A stretch of DNA of 64,000 bases from Phormidesmidales cyanobacterium (GCA_038256265.1 JBBSKN010000001.1:49533-113532); one strand, 5' to 3'; positions 1 to 9,802 are shown, numbered from the stretch's first letter. Translations and numbers: made by a program. The notes: generated from the letters alone by a model not told the origin.

Positions 1-704
1 CGATAGCGCATGCCATCGGCAATCTTTTGGCCCAGATAATCTGGAATCAGGCTTTCATTGGGGCCTAGCAAATAGAGAATTAGACGGGTGCGCCCCCGCC
101 ACACCAGCAGGTTAGCGTTGACCACCAGCAGATCTTCTTGCCAGATGGCGTACATCACCTTGTAGAACAGCCCCGGCTGGTTGTCAGCTTCTATCAGCAG
201 CGCCGGCAGGTGAAACACCGGGTCAACATAAAACTCAGTCTCTACCTTCTCTAGACCCGCATCTAGATTAAACTCAACGCTGAGCATTTCTTCCACTTCA
301 AAATGCCCCGCCAGAGTCTCTTGAATCGCCCGGCAGACATTTTCAGTGGTCTTGGGGGTGAGCGCTTTGCCTCCGCGAGACACCACCAGCTTAATAAACA
401 CCAGCATGGGCGGATAAATCTGCCCGTAGAGGCTGAGGTTATGAATCGTCAGGCCGTAGGCTGCCAGCACGCCAAAGATATCGCTGAGCAGAAACGACTG
501 ATTGCGATAGACAAAGTGCAAAGCACTTTTGGTGCCCTCTGGCTTAATATAAAGGACAGCCTGGCGCTGCTTGTAGAGTTGGTAAGCCAAGCGCAAGTTT
601 TGCAGCTGAATCTCGCTGCTGACAAACTGCTCATAAAACTGCGGAAAGGCTCGGTTAAAGCGCTTCAACAGCTCAACCGTAGAGGGGTTTAAGCCAGCGG
701 CCAT
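1..704 (-). CDS. Conserved cyanobacterial protein with ACT-like segments, 3' end runs off the window
   Basis: Hand translation from ATG 704 gives an open frame to the window edge (MAAGLNPSTVELLKRFNRAFPQFYEQFVSSEIQLQNL...LLSDIFGVLAAYGLTIHNL...LLIEADNQPGLFYKVMYAIWQEDLLVVNA). DNQPGL and DIFGVLA resemble ACT motifs. Absent from the ORF track because it has no stop in the window. Confidence 0.75.
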   Translation of the reverse strand, partial: MAAGLNPSTVELLKRFNRAFPQFYEQFVSSEIQLQNLRLAYQLYKQRQAVLYIKPEGTKSALHFVYRNQSFLLSDIFGVLAAYGLTIHNLSLYGQIYPPMLVFIKLVVSRGGKALTPKTTENVCRAIQETLAGHFEVEEMLSVEFNLDAGLEKVETEFYVDPVFHLPALLIEADNQPGLFYKVMYAIWQEDLLVVNANLLVWRGRTRLILYLLGPNESLIPDYLGQKIADGMRY

Positions 705-778
705 GGTGGGAAGGACGGAACTCCATGGAGGTAACGTTAGCATTTGCCGCCTCAGAAACACTCGAGAATCAGGAACCT

Positions 779-849
779 ATACCAAGTCCAGGTCGGGATC
801 GGTAGTTTTCCCACAGGCAGAACTCAACTTCTGGACTTGGATGAGGGTT
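779..849. promoter_or_regulatory. Dispersed ~70-nt palindromic intergenic element, copy A
   Basis: ATACCAAGTCCAG-39 nt-CTGGACTTGGATGAGGGTT; perfect 10-bp inverted arms; 59/71 ungapped identity to the reverse complement of 58094-58164. Confidence 0.8.
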
Positions 850-1135
850 ATTTTCGTAGTAAAATCATCGGCCGCAGTTGTCGTTGGGAAAATTCCCCAG
901 TTTATTTATGCCGAAAAGAATTGACGGCACCGTACTCCCCCCAGGATAGCCAGCATAAATCCAAACTCAGCCAGAGGCATCGGCATTTTAAGGGGATATA
1001 CTATGGAGAAACGGTGTTTAGCCCTAGGGTTAGCTTTAGTCGGAGCCACTGCGCCGCCTTGCACAGAGCTACTTACTTAGGCAACCAAACAATGCTGTTG
1101 AATGTCGTCCCACTTCGTTATCAGACAGGGCCTGC

Positions 1136-1657
1136 ATGGGTTTTTGGAAAAGTCTTTTTGTCGGATCTGATGGCGCTCCGTCTGGCGAGGCAGCATCTGG
1201 GGGCACCGTCCTAGAAGCTCTACCCGAGCCTGGAGAAGGGTCAACCATTGTATTTAGCACCGATCGCGACCTTGACCTCTATGAGCTAGAGGAGTTGTGC
1301 AACGCTGTGGGCTGGGCTAGACGCCCCATTCGCAAGGTCAAAAAAGCCATTCAGCACAGCTACTTGGTAATCACCATGTGGGAGCAGCGGGGCAATCGCC
1401 GCCGCCTAGTGGGCTTTTCTCGGGCCACCTCTGACCACGCCTTCAACGCCACTATCTGGGATGTGGTGGTGCACCCCGACTTTCAGGGACGAGGTCTAGG
1501 CAAAGAACTCATGCGCCAGCTAATCAAAAAACTGCGCAGCGAAGACATCAGCAACGTCACCTTGTTCGCTGACCCCCAGGTGGTCGAGTTTTACAAAGGT
1601 CTAGGTTTTATGCCAGACCCCGAGGGAATTAAGGGAATGTTCTGGTACCCAGACTAG
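1136..1657 (+). CDS. ycf52: GNAT family N-acetyltransferase (Ycf52-like)
   Basis: MGFWKSLF N-terminus; acetyl-CoA motif [17 protein letters not shown]. Confidence 0.85.
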   Translation: MGFWKSLFVGSDGAPSGEAASGGTVLEALPEPGEGSTIVFSTDRDLDLYELEELCNAVGWARRPIRKVKKAIQHSYLVITMWEQRGNRRRLVGFSRATSDHAFNATIWDVVVHPDFQGRGLGKELMRQLIKKLRSEDISNVTLFADPQVVEFYKGLGFMPDPEGIKGMFWYPD

Positions 1658-2058
1658 CTGAGGGCTTTGGCTTGGTGAATCCAGAGGTTGACCTGGTCGA
1701 CGGTGGGGCAGAGGTCATTGCGCTGCATAGTGGCCACATGCAGCCGCCGCAGCTGAGTAAACAGCTGCTGAGCAGAACAAGCGGCTAGCTGGGGCACCGA
1801 GATAATGCCCGCGTGCAGCAGCAGCCCGTTAAACTGGCAGCCCACCGCAGGCACCCGAGCCAGATCTGCCAAGATCACCCACTTAGTCACGTAGCGCAGC
1901 GGCACTTGAAGGCGCTGTGCCAGGGTTTGACGGTGCTCCACAGAAGCGCCGTAGCGGCGCAGTTGAGCGGTGCTGGTCAGGCCCAGCTTGGCCAGGCCTT
2001 GGGCATGGGCTACGCTGAGGCCGGGGAGTTGCTCTAGGGGGTAGGCAGGAGTCGCCAT
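1654..2058 (-). CDS. DUF4332-like helix-hairpin-helix protein
   Basis: LEQLPGL...[26 protein letters not shown]; start taken at ATG 2058 because the longer ORF overlaps the tRNA. Confidence 0.75.
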   Translation of the reverse strand: MATPAYPLEQLPGLSVAHAQGLAKLGLTSTAQLRRYGASVEHRQTLAQRLQVPLRYVTKWVILADLARVPAVGCQFNGLLLHAGIISVPQLAACSAQQLFTQLRRLHVATMQRNDLCPTVDQVNLWIHQAKALS

Positions 2059-2161
2059 AGAAAAAGTTCTGGGGGTGAGATGGGGCCAGGCTAAGGGGGG
2101 CTGTGACGGTTTGGCAATAAAGCAGGCTATAATGTCACTGTTCGCGACTGATAACGGTCTA

Positions 2162-2235
2162 CGGGATGTAGCGCAGCTTGGTAGCGCGCCTGCTTTGGGA
2201 GCAGGATGTCGCAGGTTCAAATCCTGTCATCCCGA
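2162..2235 (+). tRNA. trnP: tRNA-Pro (UGG), CCA not encoded
   Basis: CGGGATG acceptor stem pairs with CATCCCG; D loop AGCTTGGTA; anticodon loop TTTGGGA; GGTTCAAATCC T arm. Confidence 0.95.
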
Positions 2236-2413
2236 TTTTGAGTATAGGCGGTTTGTCTGGGCCTGTTGGTTTGGACGAGGAGCAGGACTGTCACAGGGGG
2301 GCTATACATAGCGCTGCTAGTTTGTAGTATTTATAGTCATTGACGTTAACGATGATTTGCACGAGGCCCACTGCCGTTACCCCCACTGACGTTATTTAAC
2401 AACGAGACACTCT

Positions 2414-3160
2414 ATGCGACAGCTTTTTTCCTCCATTTTGCGGCCCTTGCCCCTGCTTGCGGCCCTGGTTAGCGGTAGCCTGCTGGGGGGTGGTTTGGTC
2501 ATGCCTCTGCCCGCCGAAGCTCTAGGTGAAGAGGCCATTGTCGATAAGCTTGAGCAGGTGCCGGTCTTTATTATTCTCAATTCTGATGGTCAGCCCTTGA
2601 CCGCTGCTGCCGACGTCAATGACCAGGAGGTGAAGGTACCGGTTGTGTTCATCGATGGAGAAGCCGCCGATGAATTCTTAGCCCGCGCCCGAGAAGAAGA
2701 CCCCAGCGCCGAGGTAGCTCTCGTTGACCTGGGCACCCTGTACCAAGAAACCGTGCTCAACAGCGAGGCCCAAGTGCCGCTGCTCTACTTGCCCATTGGC
2801 GATGAGCTAGACGCCGCGCTGCAAGTTCAGTCTAACTTTCAGGGGGTACCGCTGTTTATCGCGCGCCAGGGTGCTGACGGCCCCTATCTGACCATCAACC
2901 AAGATGGGCAGGCCGCGCTGCCGATGTTTTTCTCCCGTAACGATCTGCAAACTCTGCTGAGCCGCTACGAAGAAACCAATGCAGAGGCAGCTGATGACAT
3001 TGTCGTTCAGGTGCTCTCGCTGGAATGGCTGCTGGCTACTATGGGCAGCAACAGCGATCCTGAGCTAGATGCTCAGCTGAATCAGGTGCGGCTGTTTCCC
3101 TCGACAGAAGTACTCAACTACATTCGATCACAGCAGCCAGAGTCAGGGTCAGGCGAATAA
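2414..3160 (+). CDS. tic22: Tic22 family protein
   Basis: Signal peptide, then KLEQVPVFIILNSDGQPL and FQGVPLF...PMFFSRNDLQ motifs. Confidence 0.85.
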   Translation: MRQLFSSILRPLPLLAALVSGSLLGGGLVMPLPAEALGEEAIVDKLEQVPVFIILNSDGQPLTAAADVNDQEVKVPVVFIDGEAADEFLARAREEDPSAEVALVDLGTLYQETVLNSEAQVPLLYLPIGDELDAALQVQSNFQGVPLFIARQGADGPYLTINQDGQAALPMFFSRNDLQTLLSRYEETNAEAADDIVVQVLSLEWLLATMGSNSDPELDAQLNQVRLFPSTEVLNYIRSQQPESGSGE

Positions 3161-3218
3161 AATCAGCTGCGATTTCCGATTGCCTGTCTAGGGCGGTTGC
3201 TAAACAAGTCGATTTCTC

Positions 3219-3256
3219 AAAAAAAAGGGAAAGACAATTGCCTTTCCCTTTTTTTT
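3219..3256. terminator. Bidirectional intrinsic terminator
   Basis: A8GGGAAAG-ACAATTGC-CTTTCCCT8 between convergent genes. Confidence 0.85.
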
Positions 3257-3259
3257 GGC

Positions 3260-5464
3260 CTAGCCCAGGAGTGCCGTGGCCCGAGCCACAAAGTGAGCTG
3301 CGGTCAGCCCATTGAGGGCCATGATCTGCCCGGCGCTAGCGGTAGTTTCGCCGCGCCGCCAGCAGAAAGTGTCGCGGGGAGCGGTGCTGCGCAGCATGAT
3401 CGGCTCAAGCATGGCGCTAGAGCCACCGGTTACCCCAATCAGGGCGTCGCCGCCAAAGAGGCGGCTAAACCCAGCCTCATCGAGAAATTGGCTGTCGGGT
3501 TCAGAGCACATATCCCATGCGACATCGGTGGGACGGTAGAGCTGGCGGGGGTTGACCACCGAGACAATGCGACTGCCAATGCCCCTGGCTGTCAGCTGTT
3601 CTGCTGCCTCAAACACCGGTAGCAGGGTCATGTCGCCGATGACGGCAAACACTACCGTTTTCTTACCGAGAGTAGCGGCCAACTCCACCGCGCCTTGGGC
3701 CAGGGCATGACGAGTCTGCTCAAAGCTGGTGCGAATCGGCAGGGGCGACTTGCTAGCGGTGATGGTGATGCCCTTGTTGCGGGTGGCTAGCGCCCAGTCA
3801 AAGCACACCTGAATACCGTTGGCGTCGGTGGGAAACAGAGGGTAGACGTTGCCGTTTCGCATCATGCCCGCGAAATAATTTTCGACTTCGGGGCGCTGGT
3901 GAGTCCAGCCGTTGCGGCCCTGCTCTAAAGCCCCAGCGGTAAACAGGCAGATGGTGGAGGGGGTGGGGCGGCGCAGCTCGGCCATAGCCTGGGTGACAGT
4001 CTGCCAAATGGGCAGGCCGTTGATGGCAAAAGATTCGTAGGAGCACCACAAGGTGCGGGCACCGAAGAGAGCCTGGGCGGCGGCTAGACCCGCGCAGGCA
4101 TCTTCGCTGAGGGGCTCGTACACCTGGCCCTGGGGTTGCTGAAAGTAGGTGGGGTCGGTGGTGGGGTGAATGATTTTCAGCGCCTGGTTGATGTTGTTGA
4201 TGCCCGAGGCGGCGTTGCCGTCGGCATTGGTGACGACAAACTGGGCGTCTTGGTGGCCCACGTAGCCCACCAGGGCACCCATGGCGGTGGTGGCCACCTG
4301 CTTGTCGCCGCCCACGGGAAACTCATTGAGCGGCAGGGTGCCCAGGTCGGCCAGGGGCAGCACTGACTCGGTGACGGCGGTTTTGGCGCCGGGACCGCCC
4401 ATGGATCGCTCGTAGTTGGTGCGCACCAAGCACCAGGCGTCGGGGTGTAGGGCGCGGTTGGTGAGGGCGCTGACAATGTAGTCGCGCTGGAGCGAGTCGC
4501 CGGGGTAGAGATTGTGGGACTGGGCCCCGCGCTTGTGAACGCCCGCCCCCTTGAGCTGCTTGACGATCAGCACGGTCAGAGTGCCACCCAGTGCCAGCTT
4601 GGCTGCTTTGTCGGTGGCCTCTAGCACTGCCTGGGTAAAGGCAAATCGCTGAGGGAATGAGAATGCGGTGCTGTCGACATAGTCACCGGGCTGGTCAGCG
4701 TCGTCAAAGTCTTTGGCGTCGACCAGCACCACCTCCTGGAAGCCGTTGCCGCGCCAGTAGTCGATCATGGCCTGGTTTGACTTGGTGGAGACCATGCTGT
4801 GGTGCTCTTGGCTGTAGCCATTCCACACCAGGATGGGCAGGAAGTTGGTGACGGTGGGGTAGGCAGTGGTGAAGTGGCCGAAGCTGCTCATGATATAGGG
4901 CTCACCCAAACCGCCGTCGCCAATGGTGACGGGAAACAGCACGCCGGGGTGCAGTTTGGCGCCCGCCATGGCGAAGTGCTGACCCTGGCCCAGGGGGCCG
5001 GCGGGGTTGAGCAGGCCGGGGATTTGACCCGACAGGTGGCCCAGCAGCCCGTGGGTTTCACGGAAACGATCGCACAATTGCTGCACCGTCTCTATGCCCA
5101 TAGCCTCTAGAGATCGGTCTAGAAACACATTGCTGTAGAAGCCGGGGGCGTGGTGGCCGACCTCGGTGATGATGTTTTTGTGGCCCAGCATGACCAAAGA
5201 GGCGATCGCATCGGCGATGCTGGCAAAGCCACCGGGGTGGCCCGATTCTTTGCTGGCAGTCACCTGCAGGGTGAGGTAGCGCAGGGCATCGGCGGCCAGC
5301 AGGGTTTGGTAAACCGCATCGGGGTCGCTGGGAGAGGTAATGGCAGTTTGGCCTGGGGCGATCGCCGCCACCTGGCCGTAGGCAGAAAACTCGGGCAGGA
5401 GTTCCCCAAAGTGCTGAATGCCCTGACAAAATGCCGGAATCGATTGCCTGCTGTCTGCCGTCAT
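3260..5464 (-). CDS. Phosphoketolase/transketolase-like ThDP enzyme
   Basis: SGHPGG, GLLGHLSGQIPG, GPLGQG, ThDP motif GDG...N, EPLSEDAC, SYESF, NGWTHQ; probable start ATG 5464. Confidence 0.85.
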   Translation of the reverse strand: MTADSRQSIPAFCQGIQHFGELLPEFSAYGQVAAIAPGQTAITSPSDPDAVYQTLLAADALRYLTLQVTASKESGHPGGFASIADAIASLVMLGHKNIITEVGHHAPGFYSNVFLDRSLEAMGIETVQQLCDRFRETHGLLGHLSGQIPGLLNPAGPLGQGQHFAMAGAKLHPGVLFPVTIGDGGLGEPYIMSSFGHFTTAYPTVTNFLPILVWNGYSQEHHSMVSTKSNQAMIDYWRGNGFQEVVLVDAKDFDDADQPGDYVDSTAFSFPQRFAFTQAVLEATDKAAKLALGGTLTVLIVKQLKGAGVHKRGAQSHNLYPGDSLQRDYIVSALTNRALHPDAWCLVRTNYERSMGGPGAKTAVTESVLPLADLGTLPLNEFPVGGDKQVATTAMGALVGYVGHQDAQFVVTNADGNAASGINNINQALKIIHPTTDPTYFQQPQGQVYEPLSEDACAGLAAAQALFGARTLWCSYESFAINGLPIWQTVTQAMAELRRPTPSTICLFTAGALEQGRNGWTHQRPEVENYFAGMMRNGNVYPLFPTDANGIQVCFDWALATRNKGITITASKSPLPIRTSFEQTRHALAQGAVELAATLGKKTVVFAVIGDMTLLPVFEAAEQLTARGIGSRIVSVVNPRQLYRPTDVAWDMCSEPDSQFLDEAGFSRLFGGDALIGVTGGSSAMLEPIMLRSTAPRDTFCWRRGETTASAGQIMALNGLTAAHFVARATALLG

Positions 5465-5644
5465 ACCTGAATCCCCTACTAGCGAAAGAAACGTCATCAG
5501 CCCTCGCTCGGCCTAGGTCAAAATCGGCCAAAAGCCCTGTCGCCCAGCCCGCTGCATACAATTGCAAAGGCTGTTACCCATCCTACACAGCCAAGGGGGT
5601 CTGGCAACGCAGCGCCCCATTGCAACTGGCTATGGCAACTATGG

Positions 5645-7669
5645 CTAGTTCTCTTTGGCCGGGGGATCGGGCCGGTTGATGATGTCGTTAGTGACGTTGT
5701 CAACCGCCACCGTGAGACTGTAGGGAATCGGCGTGCTGCCCTGGGAGACCACCACCACTTCGTAGTAGCCCGACTGGGGCAAATCGCCAGCCCAGGTGTT
5801 TTGCTCAGCATCCGCCAAGATGTAGGGCAATTCGTCAGTGGGTACCGGTACGTAGAGCGACAGGCGGGTGCTGCCCGGCGGAGCCTGAAGGTTGAGCCGC
5901 AGCAGCTGCTCGGCACTGAGGTTGAGAAGGTAGATCTGACCCTGACCGGGGTTGAGATTGCCTGAGCGCTGTTGGTTAAAGGCCCCTGGTTCAAAGGTGA
6001 TCTCGCTCAAGTTTTCGCCCCGCTCCATGGCGTTGACCTGGTCTTGGGCCAGTCCAAACCAGATTTGATCGACCGGGGTGTCGACAAAGCCGCTGTTTGT
6101 CTCCCGCCCCGGAAACAGCTGGTCAAAGCGGGCGTCGGCTAGATCGTTCAGCGCTCGGCTGCTGACAAAGCGGGCGTTGACCTGGCGCTGCCAGCGATCG
6201 CTGTCGGTGGGGTTGTAGCGCCCCAGGCGACTGCGGGCCTCGGTGCTGAGATTGGCCTCCAGCCGGTCGAGGTTGGTGTTGGCGATGCCGTCCCACTGGG
6301 TGCGCAGGGGTTCATCCTCGGGCTGGTCGGTGAGCTGGGTGCCCTGGAGACTGGGATTTTGCTCGTAGAACAGCTGGTCGGTGAGGGCGGTGAGGTAGCT
6401 CTGGTCAACGCTGAGGGCGGCGGCGCGATCTCGCAAAGCCTGCTTGCGATCACGCTCGGCCTGGTTCAAAGCCGGGTTCTCAGCATCGCTGCCGCCAGGC
6501 GACACCGCCTCTGGGCCATTGCCGGCAAACTGGCTCAGCGGGTCGAGCCACCACCACAGCCCCCCAGCCACGCCCACCGTCACCAGCAACCCAGCCAGGG
6601 CGGGCCAGCAGCCCGATGATGTCTTTTGCACCGGCACGGCCCGAGGCGGCGGGGCCACCGTGGCCGTTGGGTCATAGGGCATGGGGTAGCGGGGTGCAGC
6701 GGGGGCCACGGCCTGAGTTGGCTCGGGCATGACCGGCTTGGGCGGCGGTGGCACCATCGGCTGCATGCGGATTGGCATGGGCTGCGACCAGGCTGCCGAG
6801 AGCCGGTCGGGGTGGGCTAAGTTGAGCGCCGCCATGGCTTGCCCCGCCGATGGGTAGCGATCGCCGGGGTCATGGGCCACCAGCCGGGACAACACCTCGG
6901 TGAGGGTGGCCGAAACCTCGACCTGCTCGGGCCACAGCCAGCGATCGCGGTGATTGTCATACAAATCTTCTGGCTCTTTGCCCGTCAGCAGCACCAGGGC
7001 CGTCATACCCAGCCCGTAGAGATCCGTCGCAGGGCTGACCTGGCCCGATGCGAGCTGCTCTTCGGGGGCATAGCCCACGGTGCCCAGGCGAGTAACCGTG
7101 CCATCGGCGGCTTGGTAGGGCTGGGCTACTCCCAGCTGATGGCGCACATTCACCACCAGCTGCTTGACGCCGCCAAAGTCGATCAGCATTGGGCGACCGT
7201 CAGCATTGCGCTGAATTAGGTTGTCGGGGGAGATGTCGCGGTGCACAATGCCAATGCTGTGCAAGTATTGCAGCAGCGGCAGCGTCTGCATTAAAAACTG
7301 CACCACCTCGGCTTCGCTGAAGCTCTCGCTGTAGGCCAGACGGCGGCTCAGCAGCTCGCGGTAAGTGGGGCCTTCGACGTAGTCTTGCGCCAAAAACAGC
7401 CGGGTCTCGTCACGCAGCAGCTCGCGAAACCGAGGTACCTGGGGGTGGTTGATCTGGTAGAGAATGCTGGCCTCGCGCTCAAACAGGCTCTGGGCTTTAT
7501 CCACCGCCAGTTTGCCCGGCACCTGGGGGTTAAACTCCTTCAGCACGCAGAGTTCTTGAAACCGATGGGTGTCTTCGGCTAAATAAGTGTCGCCAAAGGT
7601 GCCCCGACTGAGCTGCCGCAGCACCCGGTAGCGCCCTCCGAGCAAGCGTTCTTGTCCTGTTTCAGCCAT
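5645..7669 (-). CDS. Membrane Ser/Thr protein kinase with Pro-rich linker, TM helix and extracellular domain
   Basis: LSRGTFG, VLKE, HRDISPDN, IDFG, GYAPEE, DLYGLG; probable start ATG 7669. Confidence 0.9.
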   Translation of the reverse strand: MAETGQERLLGGRYRVLRQLSRGTFGDTYLAEDTHRFQELCVLKEFNPQVPGKLAVDKAQSLFEREASILYQINHPQVPRFRELLRDETRLFLAQDYVEGPTYRELLSRRLAYSESFSEAEVVQFLMQTLPLLQYLHSIGIVHRDISPDNLIQRNADGRPMLIDFGGVKQLVVNVRHQLGVAQPYQAADGTVTRLGTVGYAPEEQLASGQVSPATDLYGLGMTALVLLTGKEPEDLYDNHRDRWLWPEQVEVSATLTEVLSRLVAHDPGDRYPSAGQAMAALNLAHPDRLSAAWSQPMPIRMQPMVPPPPKPVMPEPTQAVAPAAPRYPMPYDPTATVAPPPRAVPVQKTSSGCWPALAGLLVTVGVAGGLWWWLDPLSQFAGNGPEAVSPGGSDAENPALNQAERDRKQALRDRAAALSVDQSYLTALTDQLFYEQNPSLQGTQLTDQPEDEPLRTQWDGIANTNLDRLEANLSTEARSRLGRYNPTDSDRWQRQVNARFVSSRALNDLADARFDQLFPGRETNSGFVDTPVDQIWFGLAQDQVNAMERGENLSEITFEPGAFNQQRSGNLNPGQGQIYLLNLSAEQLLRLNLQAPPGSTRLSLYVPVPTDELPYILADAEQNTWAGDLPQSGYYEVVVVSQGSTPIPYSLTVAVDNVTNDIINRPDPPAKEN

Positions 7670-7872
7670 AGGTGCGCAATGCTGAACCCAGCCATATAGT
7701 GTTTTGTTCGCTGTATCTGTCACAGATTAGCGCAAACCTGCACTATTTCTGTCGGCCAGGCAGACGAATCAAGCTCGCTTGCGAGCAGGCCGTCAAACCC
7801 GCCGCCGAGGTCGTAGGATGGATCAGCACATCACTAAGTAGCCGAGTCTAATTAATTGGAAGAGGGGAGTTT

Positions 7873-7942
7873 GGGGACCGGGGTTTGCAGTTTGCGGTTA
7901 ACAGTTTGTACCCTGTACCGTGAACCTGGCACCGTATACCCC
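7873..7942. repeat. Inverted heptamer (STRR-like) array
   Basis: GGTTTGC-type units followed by ACCGTG/ACCGTA-type complementary units. Confidence 0.55.
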
Positions 7943-8018
7943 CAGCGTCTTCTATTTAATCGCTCTCACCTACTTATCGGTCTGATCTATCTGATCTAAG
8001 CGTCGCGGTTTAGGGGCT

Positions 8019-8744
8019 ATGAAATTTCAGCGCAGTACGTTAATTCTTGTCGGGGCCGCTTTTTTACTGGGGGCCGGGGTGCTAATTGCCGAGTCGCAGC
8101 GATCGCAGTCTCCCACCTCCACTACCGACACCGCATCCACCGCGCCCGTCTTCAGCTTTGAAGAAGCCGACGTCGCCACCCTCACTGTGGATCGCGGCAA
8201 CGAAACTTTGGTGTTTGAGCAAGATGACGCGGGCAACTGGCAAATGCTAGAACCTGAGAGTGCCTTGGCCGAACCAGGGGCGATCGCCTTTTTGCTCAGC
8301 CGCCTCAACACCGACTCGCCCCTGCAAACTGTCACCATGCAGGCCGACCAAGCCACTGACTTTGGCTTTAATGCCCCCCTCGGCATCGTCACCGTCACCC
8401 TCAACGACGGCACCGAGCACGAGTTAATTTTGGGCGGCCCCGACTTTAGCGGCAGCGCCAATTACGCCGTCATTGACCCCGACCCCTGGCCCCCGGAGGA
8501 AGGGACAGAATACTCGGTGTTCGTCGTCACCCGCGACGTGGCTAACGGCATCAACCGCCCCCGCGAAGAATGGCTAATGCCCGTAGAGGCGCTGGAACCT
8601 GAGGCCGGAGAAGAAGATGCGGCCACCCCCGGCGACGGCGAGACCCCAGAAGCAACCCCAGAGACTCCGGTTGACCCGGAAGCGGCTCCCGAAGACCCTG
8701 CTGAGCCAGCGGCTCCGGAAAACGATGCCGACACCCCTAATTGA
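8019..8744 (+). CDS. DUF4340-like exported protein
   Basis: N-terminal hydrophobic helix; beta-rich domain with WQMLEP, DFGFNAP, LILGGPDFSG; acidic tail. Confidence 0.7.
   Translation: MKFQRSTLILVGAAFLLGAGVLIAESQRSQSPTSTTDTASTAPVFSFEEADVATLTVDRGNETLVFEQDDAGNWQMLEPESALAEPGAIAFLLSRLNTDSPLQTVTMQADQATDFGFNAPLGIVTVTLNDGTEHELILGGPDFSGSANYAVIDPDPWPPEEGTEYSVFVVTRDVANGINRPREEWLMPVEALEPEAGEEDAATPGDGETPEATPETPVDPEAAPEDPAEPAAPENDADTPN
8099..8106. repeat. HIP1 octamer GCGATCGC (example of many copies in the window)
   Basis: Seen repeatedly in coding and intergenic DNA, e.g. also 8280-8287; a cyanobacterial hallmark. Confidence 0.9.
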
Positions 8745-8829
8745 TCTGAGTTGAGGATGCTAGTCTGAGCCAACCTGGTCTTTCTCTAGTGCGATCGCCC
8801 CAGGGATCTCTGACATTACCTGATTAGGT

Positions 8830-8850
8830 GGTGGGCAATGTCCACCCTAC
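8830..8850 (-). repeat. GTAG-type REP-like palindrome
   Basis: Reverse complement GTAGGGTGGACATTGCCCACC; matches copies at 43952 and 53184. Confidence 0.7.
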
Positions 8851-8865
8851 GATTTGAGCACCCAC

Positions 8866-8947
8866 CTACTATCCCCCCTAGGGCAGACACACAGGTCCGC
8901 CCCTCCCACTCATCCACCCACCTACTCATCCACCCATCCACCCCCCC
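8866..8947 (+). repeat. CCACCCA/CCATCCA short tandem repeats upstream of purU
   Basis: cccactcatccacccacctactcatccacccatccacccc. Confidence 0.55.
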
Positions 8948-9802
8948 ATGGCCTCCCCCACCGCCATCCTGCTCTTCTCCTGCCCCGACCAAAAGGGGTT
9001 AGTGGCCAAGATCGCCAACTTTATCTATGCCAATGGCGGCAACATTCTCCACGCTGACCAACACCGCGACCCCGAGGCGGGGCTGTTTTTGTCGCGCATC
9101 GAGTGGGAGCTAGAGGGCTTTAACCTGCCCAGGGAGATCATTGGGGCGGCGTTTGGGGCGATCGCCCAGCCCCTGGGGGCCACCTGGCAGCTGCACTTTT
9201 CTGACGACGTGCCGCGCCTGTCGATCTGGGTCAGCCACCAAGACCACTGCCTGCTCGACCTGCTCTGGCGACACAAAGCGGGCGAGTTCAAGGCCGAAAT
9301 CGCTCTGATTGTCAGCAACCACCCCCACCTCAGGCCCATCGCCGACCAGTTTGGCATCGCCTTTGAGCACATCCCCATCACCAAAGACACCAAGACCGAG
9401 CAAGAACAGCGCCAGCTCGCACTGCTTAAGCAGCACAACATCGACCTGGTGGTGCTGGCCAAATACATGCAGGTGCTCAGTTCAGACTTTCTGCATCAAT
9501 ATGATCGTGTGATCAACATTCACCACTCGTTTTTGCCCGCCTTTATGGGGGCCAATCCCTACCAGCGGGCCTTTCAGCGGGGGGTCAAAATCATTGGGGC
9601 TACCGCTCACTACGTCACCAGCGACCTCGACGAAGGCCCAATCATCGAGCAAGATGTGGTGCGCATCAGCCACCGCGACGAGGTGAAAGAGCTAATTCGC
9701 AAGGGCAAAGATGTAGAGCGCATTGTGCTGGCCCGCGCGGTGCGCCTACACCTACAAAACCGCACCCTGGTCTACGGCAACCGCACGGTGGTGTTTGCGT
9801 GA
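8948..9802 (+). CDS. purU: Formyltetrahydrofolate deformylase
   Basis: ACT domain SCPDQKGLVA; LVVLAKYMQVL; INIHHSFLPAFMGANPY; LDEGPIIEQ. Confidence 0.95.
   Translation: MASPTAILLFSCPDQKGLVAKIANFIYANGGNILHADQHRDPEAGLFLSRIEWELEGFNLPREIIGAAFGAIAQPLGATWQLHFSDDVPRLSIWVSHQDHCLLDLLWRHKAGEFKAEIALIVSNHPHLRPIADQFGIAFEHIPITKDTKTEQEQRQLALLKQHNIDLVVLAKYMQVLSSDFLHQYDRVINIHHSFLPAFMGANPYQRAFQRGVKIIGATAHYVTSDLDEGPIIEQDVVRISHRDEVKELIRKGKDVERIVLARAVRLHLQNRTLVYGNRTVVFA

Noticed and set aside
2162-2413. tRNA-Pro as an integration site
   Set aside because: No integrase, no duplicated tRNA 3' end, and housekeeping genes on both sides.
5485-5522. AAACGTCATCAG...CCTAGGTC upstream of the phosphoketolase as another element copy
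   Set aside because: It matches only short end fragments; core and spacing are absent.
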